A DNA stretch of 64,000 nt. Origin: an uncultured Candidatus Saccharibacteria bacterium (GTDB taxonomy: Bacteria; Patescibacteriota; Saccharimonadia; Saccharimonadales; Saccharimonadaceae). Shown here piece after piece: positions 8,895 through 16,130 of the stretch (position 1 is its first letter; each line of letters begins with the position of its first letter). The translations under genes were made by a program, and so were the position numbers. The notes under the pieces were generated by a model. That model was not told where the DNA came from. It made no database searches and saw nothing but the letters and a program-made list of their open reading frames with translations. Where the stretch lies: the NCBI GenBank assembly GCA_964532145.1, contig CAZHGM010000001.1, positions 30,086 to 94,085 of the forward strand. Direction: 5' to 3'.

Positions 8895-8933
8895 ACTATA
8901 CGACGACGATTGGGTAGTTGCAAATTTGTTGCA
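8895..8933 (-). promoter_or_regulatory. ZIP-gene promoter TTGCAA-17-TATAGT overlapped by a TGCA-N7-TGCA box
   Basis: On the minus strand the -35 is at 8923-8918 and the -10 at 8900-8895. The box TGCAACAAATTTGCA occupies 8933-8919. Confidence 0.5.
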
Positions 8934-8973
8934 ATAAGCATCCATACTTGAGACAAGTATTTCATAACATAAT

Positions 8974-9002
8974 AAAAGTCCCGCTTCATCAGCGGGACTT
9001 TT
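8974..9002 (-). terminator. Intrinsic terminator hairpin (AAAAGTCCCGC-7 nt-GCGGGACTTTT), best read on the minus strand
   Basis: There is an 11-bp perfect stem with a 7-nt loop. On the minus strand it is followed by TTTTATTAT. No annotated minus-strand gene ends here. Confidence 0.7.
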
Positions 9003-9350
9003 CAGATATCTCTTGTAAGGTGCCGGGTAAGGGTGGGCATCACCCGACACCATACAACCCTTCAACCCACCCGGGCCGAACACGCGAAGCGTCAACGGTA
9101 TATTGATCTACGTACCGTACGCTCATGTCGTAGGACATGGTTGTTTGATACTCGCTACTGTGGTCCGCCTTTGATAGAATTCTCTCGCAGAGAAAATTCT
9201 ATGTCGGGTCCGTCCTAAGACGGATAAAGTTAAAGGGGTTAGTATACGCGCTAGCTATAAATGCGTTAAAGTGGAGGGTAGAAAACTTCAAAGCAACTAG
9301 TGCGCAACCTAACAATATCTGTAATAATATTGTTAATGGGGGTATAAGGT
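9003..9350 (-). ncRNA. Candidate structured non-coding RNA of unknown class (boundaries approximate)
   Basis: About 400 bp without a credible ORF, bounded by the orphan terminator. It holds a 13-bp hairpin at 9172-9200, a 9-bp inverted repeat at 9310-9318/9327-9335, a GC-rich nested stem at 9022-9075, and on the minus strand two C-rich segments (CUACCCUCCAC, AACCCCUUU), the first in a predicted hairpin loop. Confidence 0.25.
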
Positions 9351-9434
9351 GCGTTAATCCGCCTATTGACGGACTACCGATGTATATATTAGCACGTAAG
9401 TGCTATAATGTCAACACATTTTTACATAATTTTC

Positions 9435-10280
9435 ATGAAGATCAATACCATCACTCCAGATCATCACAATTTACTCAAGAGATTAGTAACTATTGATAGT
9501 CCTCCAAAAATCTTACGCTATATAGGAAATATTCCAAAACCGACTACTCCAGTAGTCTCTATCGTCGGTACGAGAAGGCCGACTGCTTATGGCCGCGCCG
9601 TCACCGAACAAATCGCCAGCGCCCTCGCAAGCCGTGGTGCGCTAATTGTCAGCGGTATGGCAATTGGTGTTGATGCTCTCGCGCATGCCGCCGCGCTTGA
9701 TGCAGGCGGCCACACACTGGCAGTACTGCCGAGTGGTGTTGACGACCCGTATCCGAAGTCAAACCAGCGTCTCGCGAAACGCATCCTTGCTAATGGCGAT
9801 GCTCTGATAAGCGAGTACGAAAACGGCCACAAGCCATACGCCCATGACTTTTTGTGGCGTAATCGCCTTGTCAGTGGTCTGGCGGATGCTGTGATCGTCA
9901 CAGAGGCAAATCTTCGCAGCGGCACGCTCAGCACCGTCGCTCATGCCCTCGGTCAGGGCAAAGATGTCTATGTTGTCCCGGGACCCATCACCAGCCCACT
10001 GAGTGCAGGTTGTAACCGGCTTATCGCCCAGGGTGCCACGCCAATCACTGATGTTGACAGTTTGCTCGAGCAACTCGGCCTCACCGGTCAGGCATCACTG
10101 GCGCTCGGCGACTCGCCCGAAGAGGCCACTGTACTTGAGCTTATCCGATCTGGTATATCTGACGGTGATGAGTTGCTCACAAAATCCGGCTACCGTGCCG
10201 AGAAATTCTCGCAAACACTGACCATGCTCGAGATCAAGGGATTCGTTCGCGCCCTAGGCGGCAACAAGTGGCGAGTGTGA
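9435..10280 (+). CDS. dprA: DNA-processing protein DprA (Smf)
   Basis: VSIVGTRRPTAYGRAV, SGMAIGVDALAHAAALDAGG, GTLSTVAHALGQGKDVYVVPG, plus a C-terminal winged-helix-like tail. ATG 9408 overlaps a TATAAT box, so 9435 (MKINTITPD) is preferred. Confidence 0.9.
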   Translation: MKINTITPDHHNLLKRLVTIDSPPKILRYIGNIPKPTTPVVSIVGTRRPTAYGRAVTEQIASALASRGALIVSGMAIGVDALAHAAALDAGGHTLAVLPSGVDDPYPKSNQRLAKRILANGDALISEYENGHKPYAHDFLWRNRLVSGLADAVIVTEANLRSGTLSTVAHALGQGKDVYVVPGPITSPLSAGCNRLIAQGATPITDVDSLLEQLGLTGQASLALGDSPEEATVLELIRSGISDGDELLTKSGYRAEKFSQTLTMLEIKGFVRALGGNKWRV

Positions 10281-10853
10281 GTCAGCCGATGCATCCATTT
10301 GCTGCTGCATTGTCCGCCCTATGAGGAGATCAAGTAACCGGGTTGCCTCTTCGCACTTAAGTTTCTCCAGCAGCGGAAGACTCGCACTTGCCGTTTCGGG
10401 CAGTTTACTTGCTGGGACGATATCTTGAACCATCTCCTGTAATTCAGGATCAGTTGTGAGAGCGGTAAATATATAGTCTTCAAGGTCAGGATATGCATCA
10501 GTCAGCAACCTTCGATTAACATGACCTGTTGTAACAAGCTGTTCATCAGCCGCTAAATACGCCAGTAATTCTGGATCGCCCTCTCGTGGAGACTCAGCGA
10601 TAGCGCTTCTCATCGCTTGAATTTCGAGTAGATGGGGAGATACGCTCACTTCAGCTGATAGCGTTGTCTCACCATACAGTGCGCCATTACCATTACGAGC
10701 AGTGAGTCCTGGAGTCTGCACGCCATAATTTTCCGCCCAGAGTAGGCCATTTTCTCGTGCATTATTTGTATCAACCAAAATATCGCGCCCACCCAAGACC
10801 TGCACCTCATAACGAGTTGCGTACGGAATATTGTCGTTGCCAATACTACTCAT
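10254..10853 (-). CDS. Hypothetical protein
   Basis: 199-aa ORF with a near-consensus promoter (TTGACT-17-TATAAT) 25 nt upstream. No domain recognised. Its 3' end overlaps dprA convergently by 27 nt. Confidence 0.55.
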   Translation of the reverse strand: MSSIGNDNIPYATRYEVQVLGGRDILVDTNNARENGLLWAENYGVQTPGLTARNGNGALYGETTLSAEVSVSPHLLEIQAMRSAIAESPREGDPELLAYLAADEQLVTTGHVNRRLLTDAYPDLEDYIFTALTTDPELQEMVQDIVPASKLPETASASLPLLEKLKCEEATRLLDLLIGRTMQQQMDASADSHSPLVAA

Positions 10854-10878
10854 AATAAACTCTTTACTTATTTAAATG

Positions 10879-10907
10879 ATTATATCACTAAATTACAATT
10901 TAGTCAA
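10879..10907 (-). promoter_or_regulatory. Promoter TTGACT-17-TATAAT with an 18-bp palindrome in the spacer
   Basis: On the minus strand the -35 is at 10907-10902 and the -10 at 10884-10879. The palindrome ACTAAATT-AC-AATTTAGT lies at 10887-10904. Confidence 0.6.
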
Positions 10908-11192
10908 TTATGTTGTCCTACGAGCGCTCTTTTTGGTCTTTTTAGAACGTCTATGCCCATTATGCTACTGGTTGCATGGGACGTCAAACGAGGAGGTGTT
11001 TAAAACAAATTCGAGTCTACATTGTATACCATATTTACGATAGCGCCTGCGGATACCCTGGACACCAGACACAATTATGGAGATCGTAAACCTGCGGTTA
11101 GCGAGCAACGGGCTACCTAGGCTACAAACCATAAAATGTAACACATATCATTTACAAATTATGTAACCATGCTAGTATAAGGCGCTGTATAT

Positions 11193-13694
11193 ATGAGCAA
11201 AAATTTAGTTATCGTCGAAAGCCCAGCCAAAGCCAAAACCATCGAGAAATACCTCGGTAAAGACTTCAAAGTGCTTTCAAGCATCGGCCATATCCGCAGC
11301 ATTGCCAAAAAAACCAAAGACGGCTCACCGCCAATCGATGTTGCCAATGGCTTTGCCACTACCTACGAAATTGACCCCGACAAGAAAAAGACTATTGCTG
11401 AGCTTCGAAAAGCTGTCAAAGCCGCCGAAACTGTCTGGCTGGCAACCGATGAAGACCGCGAAGGGGAAGCGATCGCGTGGCATCTTTGTGAAGTGCTCAA
11501 ACTTGATCCCAGTAAAACAAATCGGATTGTGTTCCACGAGATTACGAAATCAGCCATCGAAGAAGCCGTGCAGCACCCCCGTACTGTTGACATGCATCTC
11601 GTACAGGCCCAACAAGCCCGTCAAATCCTTGACCGGATCGTCGGATTCGAACTAAGCCCGGTCGTCTGGCAAAAAGTCCCTGGCGGCAAAAGTGCCGGTC
11701 GCGTGCAGAGCCCGGCCGTGCGGCTCATCGTCGAGCGTGAGCGCGAAATTCGCGGATTTGAGAGCTCAAGCCAGTTTAAAGTGACAGCAGAGCTAGCCAG
11801 GGGCGAGAAGAAGGCAAAAGACATCTTCAAAGCTGAGTTACCGAAACGATTTGACACCGAGGAAGAAGCTCGACACTTCCTAGAAAGCATCATAGAAGCT
11901 TCGTATACCGTATCCGATGTTACCAAGACCCCGGGCACACGCAACCCAGCTGCACCTTTCACCACCAGCACCTTGCAGCAGGATGCTAACGCCAAACTTG
12001 GCTTTGGCTCGCGTGCCACCATGGCAAGCGCTCAAAAGCTGTACCAAGACGGTAAAATCACGTACATGCGTACCGACAGTGTGAATTTGAGCAAACAAGC
12101 CATGGCTGCTGCGGCCAGCTACATCGAGAAAACCTATGGTAAAGACTACGTTCAAGTCCGTGCCTACAAAACCAAATCAGCCAGCGCCCAGGAGGCCCAT
12201 GAAGCTATCCGCCCAACCGATATGTCACTCGAAAAAGCCAGTTCTAACGAATACGATCAGAAGCTCTACGATCTCATTCGCCGTCGCACACTTGCCTCAC
12301 AAATGTCATCTGCCAAACTCGAGAAAACCGAAATTGTTATTGAAATTATTCCAAATTCCAACATCCAACATCCGACATCTACTTTTATCGCCAAGGGCGA
12401 AGTCATTACATTCCCCGGATTTCTCGCCGTATACGGTGGTGGTAAGGATGACAACATGCTCCCCAGCCTCTCTGTAGGTGATGATGTGTTATTACAACAA
12501 GCCGAAGCACGACAAATTTTTGCTCGTCCACCTGCCCGCTACACCGAAGGAAGCCTCGTCAAAAAACTCGAAGAACTTGGCATCGGCCGCCCAAGTACCT
12601 ATGCCACCATTATCGGCACCGTGCAGAGTAGGGGATATGTTGAACGAGGAGAATCAGAAGGCACGCCACGAGAAGTGGTTGTCTTGACGCTGTCAAAACA
12701 AATGGAAAGAATGAAAGACCGAGAGACCGAGAGAGAATCGCAGAAATCACAGGCCACGCCAGCCCAAACAGAGAGGGTATATTCTCAAGAAGGCAGTATA
12801 AGCGTAGAGCAGTCGCAAAGCGACGAAACGCTGCCTTCGGAGAAAAAAACCGAATCTGTTTCGGATAACATCCGCCGCGAGGTCATCACTGAAAAAACCG
12901 GCTCAGACCGCGGGAAACTTATTCCAACACCGGCAGGAGAGCTGATTGCAGACTTCCTAACTGATCATTTCGAGCCAGTTGTCGACTACGGCTTTACCGC
13001 CAACGTTGAAAAGCACTTCGATGATATTGCCAGTAACACGCTCGCACGCAACACGATGCTCCAGGATTTTTACGAGCCATTCCATGGCCTCATAGCCAAA
13101 TCGAGTGAAATCGACCGAAGTAAAGTCGGCGCCTCGCGTGAAGTCGGCATTCACCCAAAGTCTGGCAAACCTATCACAGCGCGTTTTGGCCGTTTCGGTC
13201 CAATGCTCCAGCTCGGCAGTAGCGAAGACGACACCAAGCCGGAGTTTGCTCCGATGCCTCGCGGCGCAACGATTGAAACCGTTACACTCGAGCAAGCCTT
13301 AACAGCATTTGAGCTGCCACGGATCGTCGGACAGAGCGATGACGGGCAGGAAATCAAAGCCAATATTGGTCGTTTCGGGCCGTACATACAGATCGGCTCG
13401 CTCTATGTAAGCATCAAACCCGAAGACCCGCACACGATCACGCTCGAAACCGCCAAAGAACTCTATGCCGCTAAACTCCAGGCCGAGGCCGAGAAAAACA
13501 TCGCTGATTTCGGCGATGGCATCAAGGTGCTCAATGGCCGTTTCGGGCCTTACATCACCGACGGTAAAAAGAATGCTAAAATCCCCAAAGATTCTGACCC
13601 GAAGACCATCACGCACGACGAAGCCAAAAAACTTCTCGCCGAGGCCCCAGAGAAGGGCAAAGGCCGTCGTTTCCCCCGCCGCAAAAAGAAATAA
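11193..13694 (+). CDS. topA: DNA topoisomerase I (type IA) with Cys-less C-terminal repeats and a Lys/Arg tail
   Basis: TOPRIM motifs LVIVESPAKAKTIEKYLGKDF and WLATDEDREGEAIAWH; active-site Tyr motif GKITYMRTDS; three GRFGP(M/Y) C-terminal repeats. It contains a ~56-aa insertion (see findings). Confidence 0.95.
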   Translation: MSKNLVIVESPAKAKTIEKYLGKDFKVLSSIGHIRSIAKKTKDGSPPIDVANGFATTYEIDPDKKKTIAELRKAVKAAETVWLATDEDREGEAIAWHLCEVLKLDPSKTNRIVFHEITKSAIEEAVQHPRTVDMHLVQAQQARQILDRIVGFELSPVVWQKVPGGKSAGRVQSPAVRLIVEREREIRGFESSSQFKVTAELARGEKKAKDIFKAELPKRFDTEEEARHFLESIIEASYTVSDVTKTPGTRNPAAPFTTSTLQQDANAKLGFGSRATMASAQKLYQDGKITYMRTDSVNLSKQAMAAAASYIEKTYGKDYVQVRAYKTKSASAQEAHEAIRPTDMSLEKASSNEYDQKLYDLIRRRTLASQMSSAKLEKTEIVIEIIPNSNIQHPTSTFIAKGEVITFPGFLAVYGGGKDDNMLPSLSVGDDVLLQQAEARQIFARPPARYTEGSLVKKLEELGIGRPSTYATIIGTVQSRGYVERGESEGTPREVVVLTLSKQMERMKDRETERESQKSQATPAQTERVYSQEGSISVEQSQSDETLPSEKKTESVSDNIRREVITEKTGSDRGKLIPTPAGELIADFLTDHFEPVVDYGFTANVEKHFDDIASNTLARNTMLQDFYEPFHGLIAKSSEIDRSKVGASREVGIHPKSGKPITARFGRFGPMLQLGSSEDDTKPEFAPMPRGATIETVTLEQALTAFELPRIVGQSDDGQEIKANIGRFGPYIQIGSLYVSIKPEDPHTITLETAKELYAAKLQAEAEKNIADFGDGIKVLNGRFGPYITDGKKNAKIPKDSDPKTITHDEAKKLLAEAPEKGKGRRFPRRKKK

Positions 13695-13730
13695 TAGGCC
13701 GCTCACCAGGGCGAGTTGACCATTTTTTTG

Positions 13731-13776
13731 AATATTTGCAAATATTGTTGACTTGTGATATACAATGTGCTAATAA
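13731..13776 (+). promoter_or_regulatory. Perfect 16-bp palindrome abutting the promoter TTGACT-17-TAATAA of the HD-domain gene
   Basis: AATATTTGCAAATATT at 13731-13746; -35 at 13748-13753; -10 at 13771-13776; ATG at 13783. Confidence 0.5.
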
Positions 13777-13782
13777 TAGCCT

Positions 13783-14787
13783 ATGGAACACCCTGTTAGC
13801 ACACCATCCGCAACCGAACTGGCCACGATGGATCTTCGTGAAATAACGGAGATAAGCGAAACAGACGGTTATGCCTTAATCGAGCGATTATCCTATGAAA
13901 TCGAAACGACCGATTGGTCTGATGAAGACAAACAACTAGTATTCCAAGCCCTTGAGGACGCCCTACGCATTCATGAGGGTGACACCCAAGGCACCAGGCC
14001 CTTCATCGTCCACCCGCTCCGGGTGGCGATTCGTATCATAAGCAATGATCATTTCAATGTCCGCGATCGGCCTGATCTTATCATCGCCGCACTGCTGCAT
14101 GACTCAGTCGAGGACCATCCCGAGCGCTGGCTGCCTGAACTAGGAGATGTGAGTGATTTCAAGCAATCAGACTATGGGCAGTCTGCAATCTACGATCTTC
14201 AGCAGAGGGCGCTTGATGCAATTTCCGAACGATATGATAAAGCCGATGACCCAGAGTTCGGTAAGCGAATTCGAGGCATAGTTGAATGGCTGACGAGCGA
14301 GCCGTATCGCGACGACCTCAACAAAGATGTCGAAAGCCCAGTAGAGCGTCAACTGCGTAAATGGGACGCATATGAATATGGTGTACGTGGCCTCATGCAA
14401 TCTCCTGATGCGCTGGGTGCCAAAGTTATCAAACTGTCTGATTTTATAGAAAACTTCGTCGGCGGTATGAAGCACCATGAGAAGGAAGGTATGCGTACCC
14501 GTATGGCAAGGAAATACGTATTTCTCTCCAACGACATGTATGCGTTTGTAAAAGCCTCAAAAATTATTCCGAAATCATCCAAAGGCCGTCTCAGGCGTCA
14601 AATAGTGCGGGCTCAAAGCGACGCACTGCAGGCTATCAGTAGCCATGTCAAACTTCATCTTCAGGATGCCCCGCTCTATGACATATCCGGGAAAACTATT
14701 GAGAGGCTTGATGGCAGGAAGAAGGTCAAGCCCAGGAAAAGACTCGGCCTTGTCGCGCTAATATCATTACTCCGCTTTGGCGCATAA
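13783..14787 (+). CDS. HD-domain protein, RelA/SpoT-type (p)ppGpp-hydrolase-like fold, with N- and C-terminal extensions
   Basis: HPLRVAIRII followed by AALLHDSVEDHPE (the His...HD...D pattern of SpoT-like HD domains). 334 aa, with no synthetase domain. Confidence 0.7.
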   Translation: MEHPVSTPSATELATMDLREITEISETDGYALIERLSYEIETTDWSDEDKQLVFQALEDALRIHEGDTQGTRPFIVHPLRVAIRIISNDHFNVRDRPDLIIAALLHDSVEDHPERWLPELGDVSDFKQSDYGQSAIYDLQQRALDAISERYDKADDPEFGKRIRGIVEWLTSEPYRDDLNKDVESPVERQLRKWDAYEYGVRGLMQSPDALGAKVIKLSDFIENFVGGMKHHEKEGMRTRMARKYVFLSNDMYAFVKASKIIPKSSKGRLRRQIVRAQSDALQAISSHVKLHLQDAPLYDISGKTIERLDGRKKVKPRKRLGLVALISLLRFGA

Positions 14788-14905
14788 GCGTATATCTTTT
14801 TACGAAACAACAAATCTAATCGCTAGAAAAGCCTCAAAATACTATTTACCATAAGCGCCAAGTATGTGCTATAATAATCGACATACGCAAATTGTGTTGT
14901 GAAAT

Positions 14906-14945
14906 AACAAATTTAGTTGACTGAAATCATAATTTGTTCTATAAT
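14906..14945 (+). promoter_or_regulatory. Promoter TTGACT-17-TATAAT flanked by the 8-bp inverted repeat AACAAATT / AATTTGTT
   Basis: Inverted-repeat arms at 14906-14913 and 14931-14938; -35 at 14917-14922; -10 at 14940-14945. It lies upstream of 15004..16056. Confidence 0.55.
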
Positions 14946-15003
14946 TACAAACAAGATTGACACTATCAACCTATAACCCCGCTGTGAGGCACGAGGATTC
15001 AGC

Positions 15004-16056
15004 ATGAGTGAGATCGCAACCGAAGAAATGACCGTAGACACTAGTAGCGCCGTCGAGCGTATCCTGGGGAGTATTGAGCGCGAACGCGAACGCGAGATTA
15101 TCGCCCGACGCTTTGGGCTCCACGACCGCAAGGAGACGCTAGAGCAAATCGGAGATCTGCTTGGGATTACACGTGAGCGCGTCCGCCAGCTCGAAAAGGC
15201 CATTCTTATCCGCCTCAAGCTCGCTGCCGAAAAAGACGCTGACAACGTTCAGGCCATCGAGAAGCACTTTATACGACATCTTCACGAGATGGGCGGGGCA
15301 GCACGCGTCAGCGACCTGACAAAGCGCGTTCACGCCACACCAAAGGATCTTGACCATGCCCACATCGCATTTATTGCTGAGTTAGCCCCAAACCTCACCG
15401 TGCTGAACGAAAATGATCACTACCATCACGGCATCGCCATTAAAGAACGTCATGATGAGAAAAAACTTCGCGGGGACATCGACTCGGTCGTAAAAACAAT
15501 CAAAGAACACGGCCACCCTCTCTCGATCAATGATTTGCACGGCAAACTTAACCACGACCACCCTGACCAAGTACGTGCCATCGCTAGCCTAAGCAAAAAC
15601 CTTTCAACACTGAAAGACCAATGGGGGCTTAACAAGTGGCCGACCGTCAATCCTAAAAATATCCGCGACAAGATCTATGTCATCTTGCAAGACGGCGGTA
15701 AACCGCTGCATTTTAGTGAGATCGCCAAGGCCATCAAAGGTAGCGACTTCAAACGTAAAAATGTTACCACCCAGGCAATCCATAATGAACTCATCAAAGA
15801 CAAGCGATTCGTTCTAATCGGACGCGGTATCTATGCCCTCAACGAATGGGGATACAGCAAGGGCACCGTTAGCGATATCATCCGGGGAATTCTTAAAAAA
15901 GAGGGCGGTCCTCTGACCCGAGATGAGATTGTCCGTCGCGTCCTGAAGCACCGCCAGGTCAAAGAAACGACTATTTTGCTCAACCTGCAAAGCAAACCTG
16001 AGTTTAAACGCGTCGCCAAAGCGACCTATGCACTTGTCGAAGAAAAAGGGAAGTAG
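15004..16056 (+). CDS. Sigma-70 region-4-like HTH fused to repeated HARE-HTH-like winged-helix modules
   Basis: Region-4-like IIARRFGLHDRKETLEQIGDLLGITRERVRQLEKAIL. The clearest HARE-HTH-like module is IYVILQDGGKPLHFSEIAKAI...IHNELIKDKRFVLIGRGIYALNEWGY. Weaker copies lie around GHPLSINDLHGKL...KDQWGLNKW and GGPLTRDEIVRRVL...FKRVAKATYAL. No sigma regions 1-3. Confidence 0.65.
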   Translation: MSEIATEEMTVDTSSAVERILGSIEREREREIIARRFGLHDRKETLEQIGDLLGITRERVRQLEKAILIRLKLAAEKDADNVQAIEKHFIRHLHEMGGAARVSDLTKRVHATPKDLDHAHIAFIAELAPNLTVLNENDHYHHGIAIKERHDEKKLRGDIDSVVKTIKEHGHPLSINDLHGKLNHDHPDQVRAIASLSKNLSTLKDQWGLNKWPTVNPKNIRDKIYVILQDGGKPLHFSEIAKAIKGSDFKRKNVTTQAIHNELIKDKRFVLIGRGIYALNEWGYSKGTVSDIIRGILKKEGGPLTRDEIVRRVLKHRQVKETTILLNLQSKPEFKRVAKATYALVEEKGK

Positions 16057-16130
16057 CATCGCCGTCTCACTACGGTCACCGCTATGACTGGCGTGGCTGT
16101 TAATTGTGTAACAGATGTGAGACAATAAGA

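Noticed and set aside
8974-9045. RNase P RNA-like fragments: AAAGTCCCGC (like the P4 strand GAAAGUCCGGGC) and GGTAAGGGTG.
   Set aside because: AAAGTCCCGC pairs perfectly with the adjacent GCGGGACTTT as a simple terminator hairpin. No ACAGAA..CCGGCUUA partner or other conserved RNase P regions were found nearby. A similar AACCGGCTTATCG at about 10015 lies inside dprA and is coincidental.
8880-9218. Track ORFs 8880..9095(-), 8918..9106(+) and 9033..9218(+) in the structured intergenic region.
   Set aside because: They are short (61-71 aa) and mutually overlapping, with Pro/Arg/Gly-rich unnatural composition and no RBS or promoter. They cross the terminator hairpin and GC-rich stems.
9195-9240. 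GTCGGGTCCGTC-CTAA-GACGG resembles the SRP RNA domain IV 5' strand (GUCAGGUCC).
   Set aside because: The 3' strand lacks the conserved GGAAGCAGC motif, and there is no GNRA loop, so it is not a convincing SRP RNA. The segment is kept only as part of the unidentified structured region.
13700-13730. A possible intrinsic terminator after topA (T7 run at 13723-13729).
   Set aside because: I could not draw a convincing GC-rich stem immediately upstream of the T run, so it is left uncalled.
15050-15100. Short tandem repeats (GCGAAC GCGAAC GCGAG here; GACCGAGA x2 in topA) considered as CRISPR or VNTR-like.
   Set aside because: There are only 2-3 units, in frame within coding sequence (the EREREREI peptide), with no spacer/repeat architecture. 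This is not a CRISPR array.
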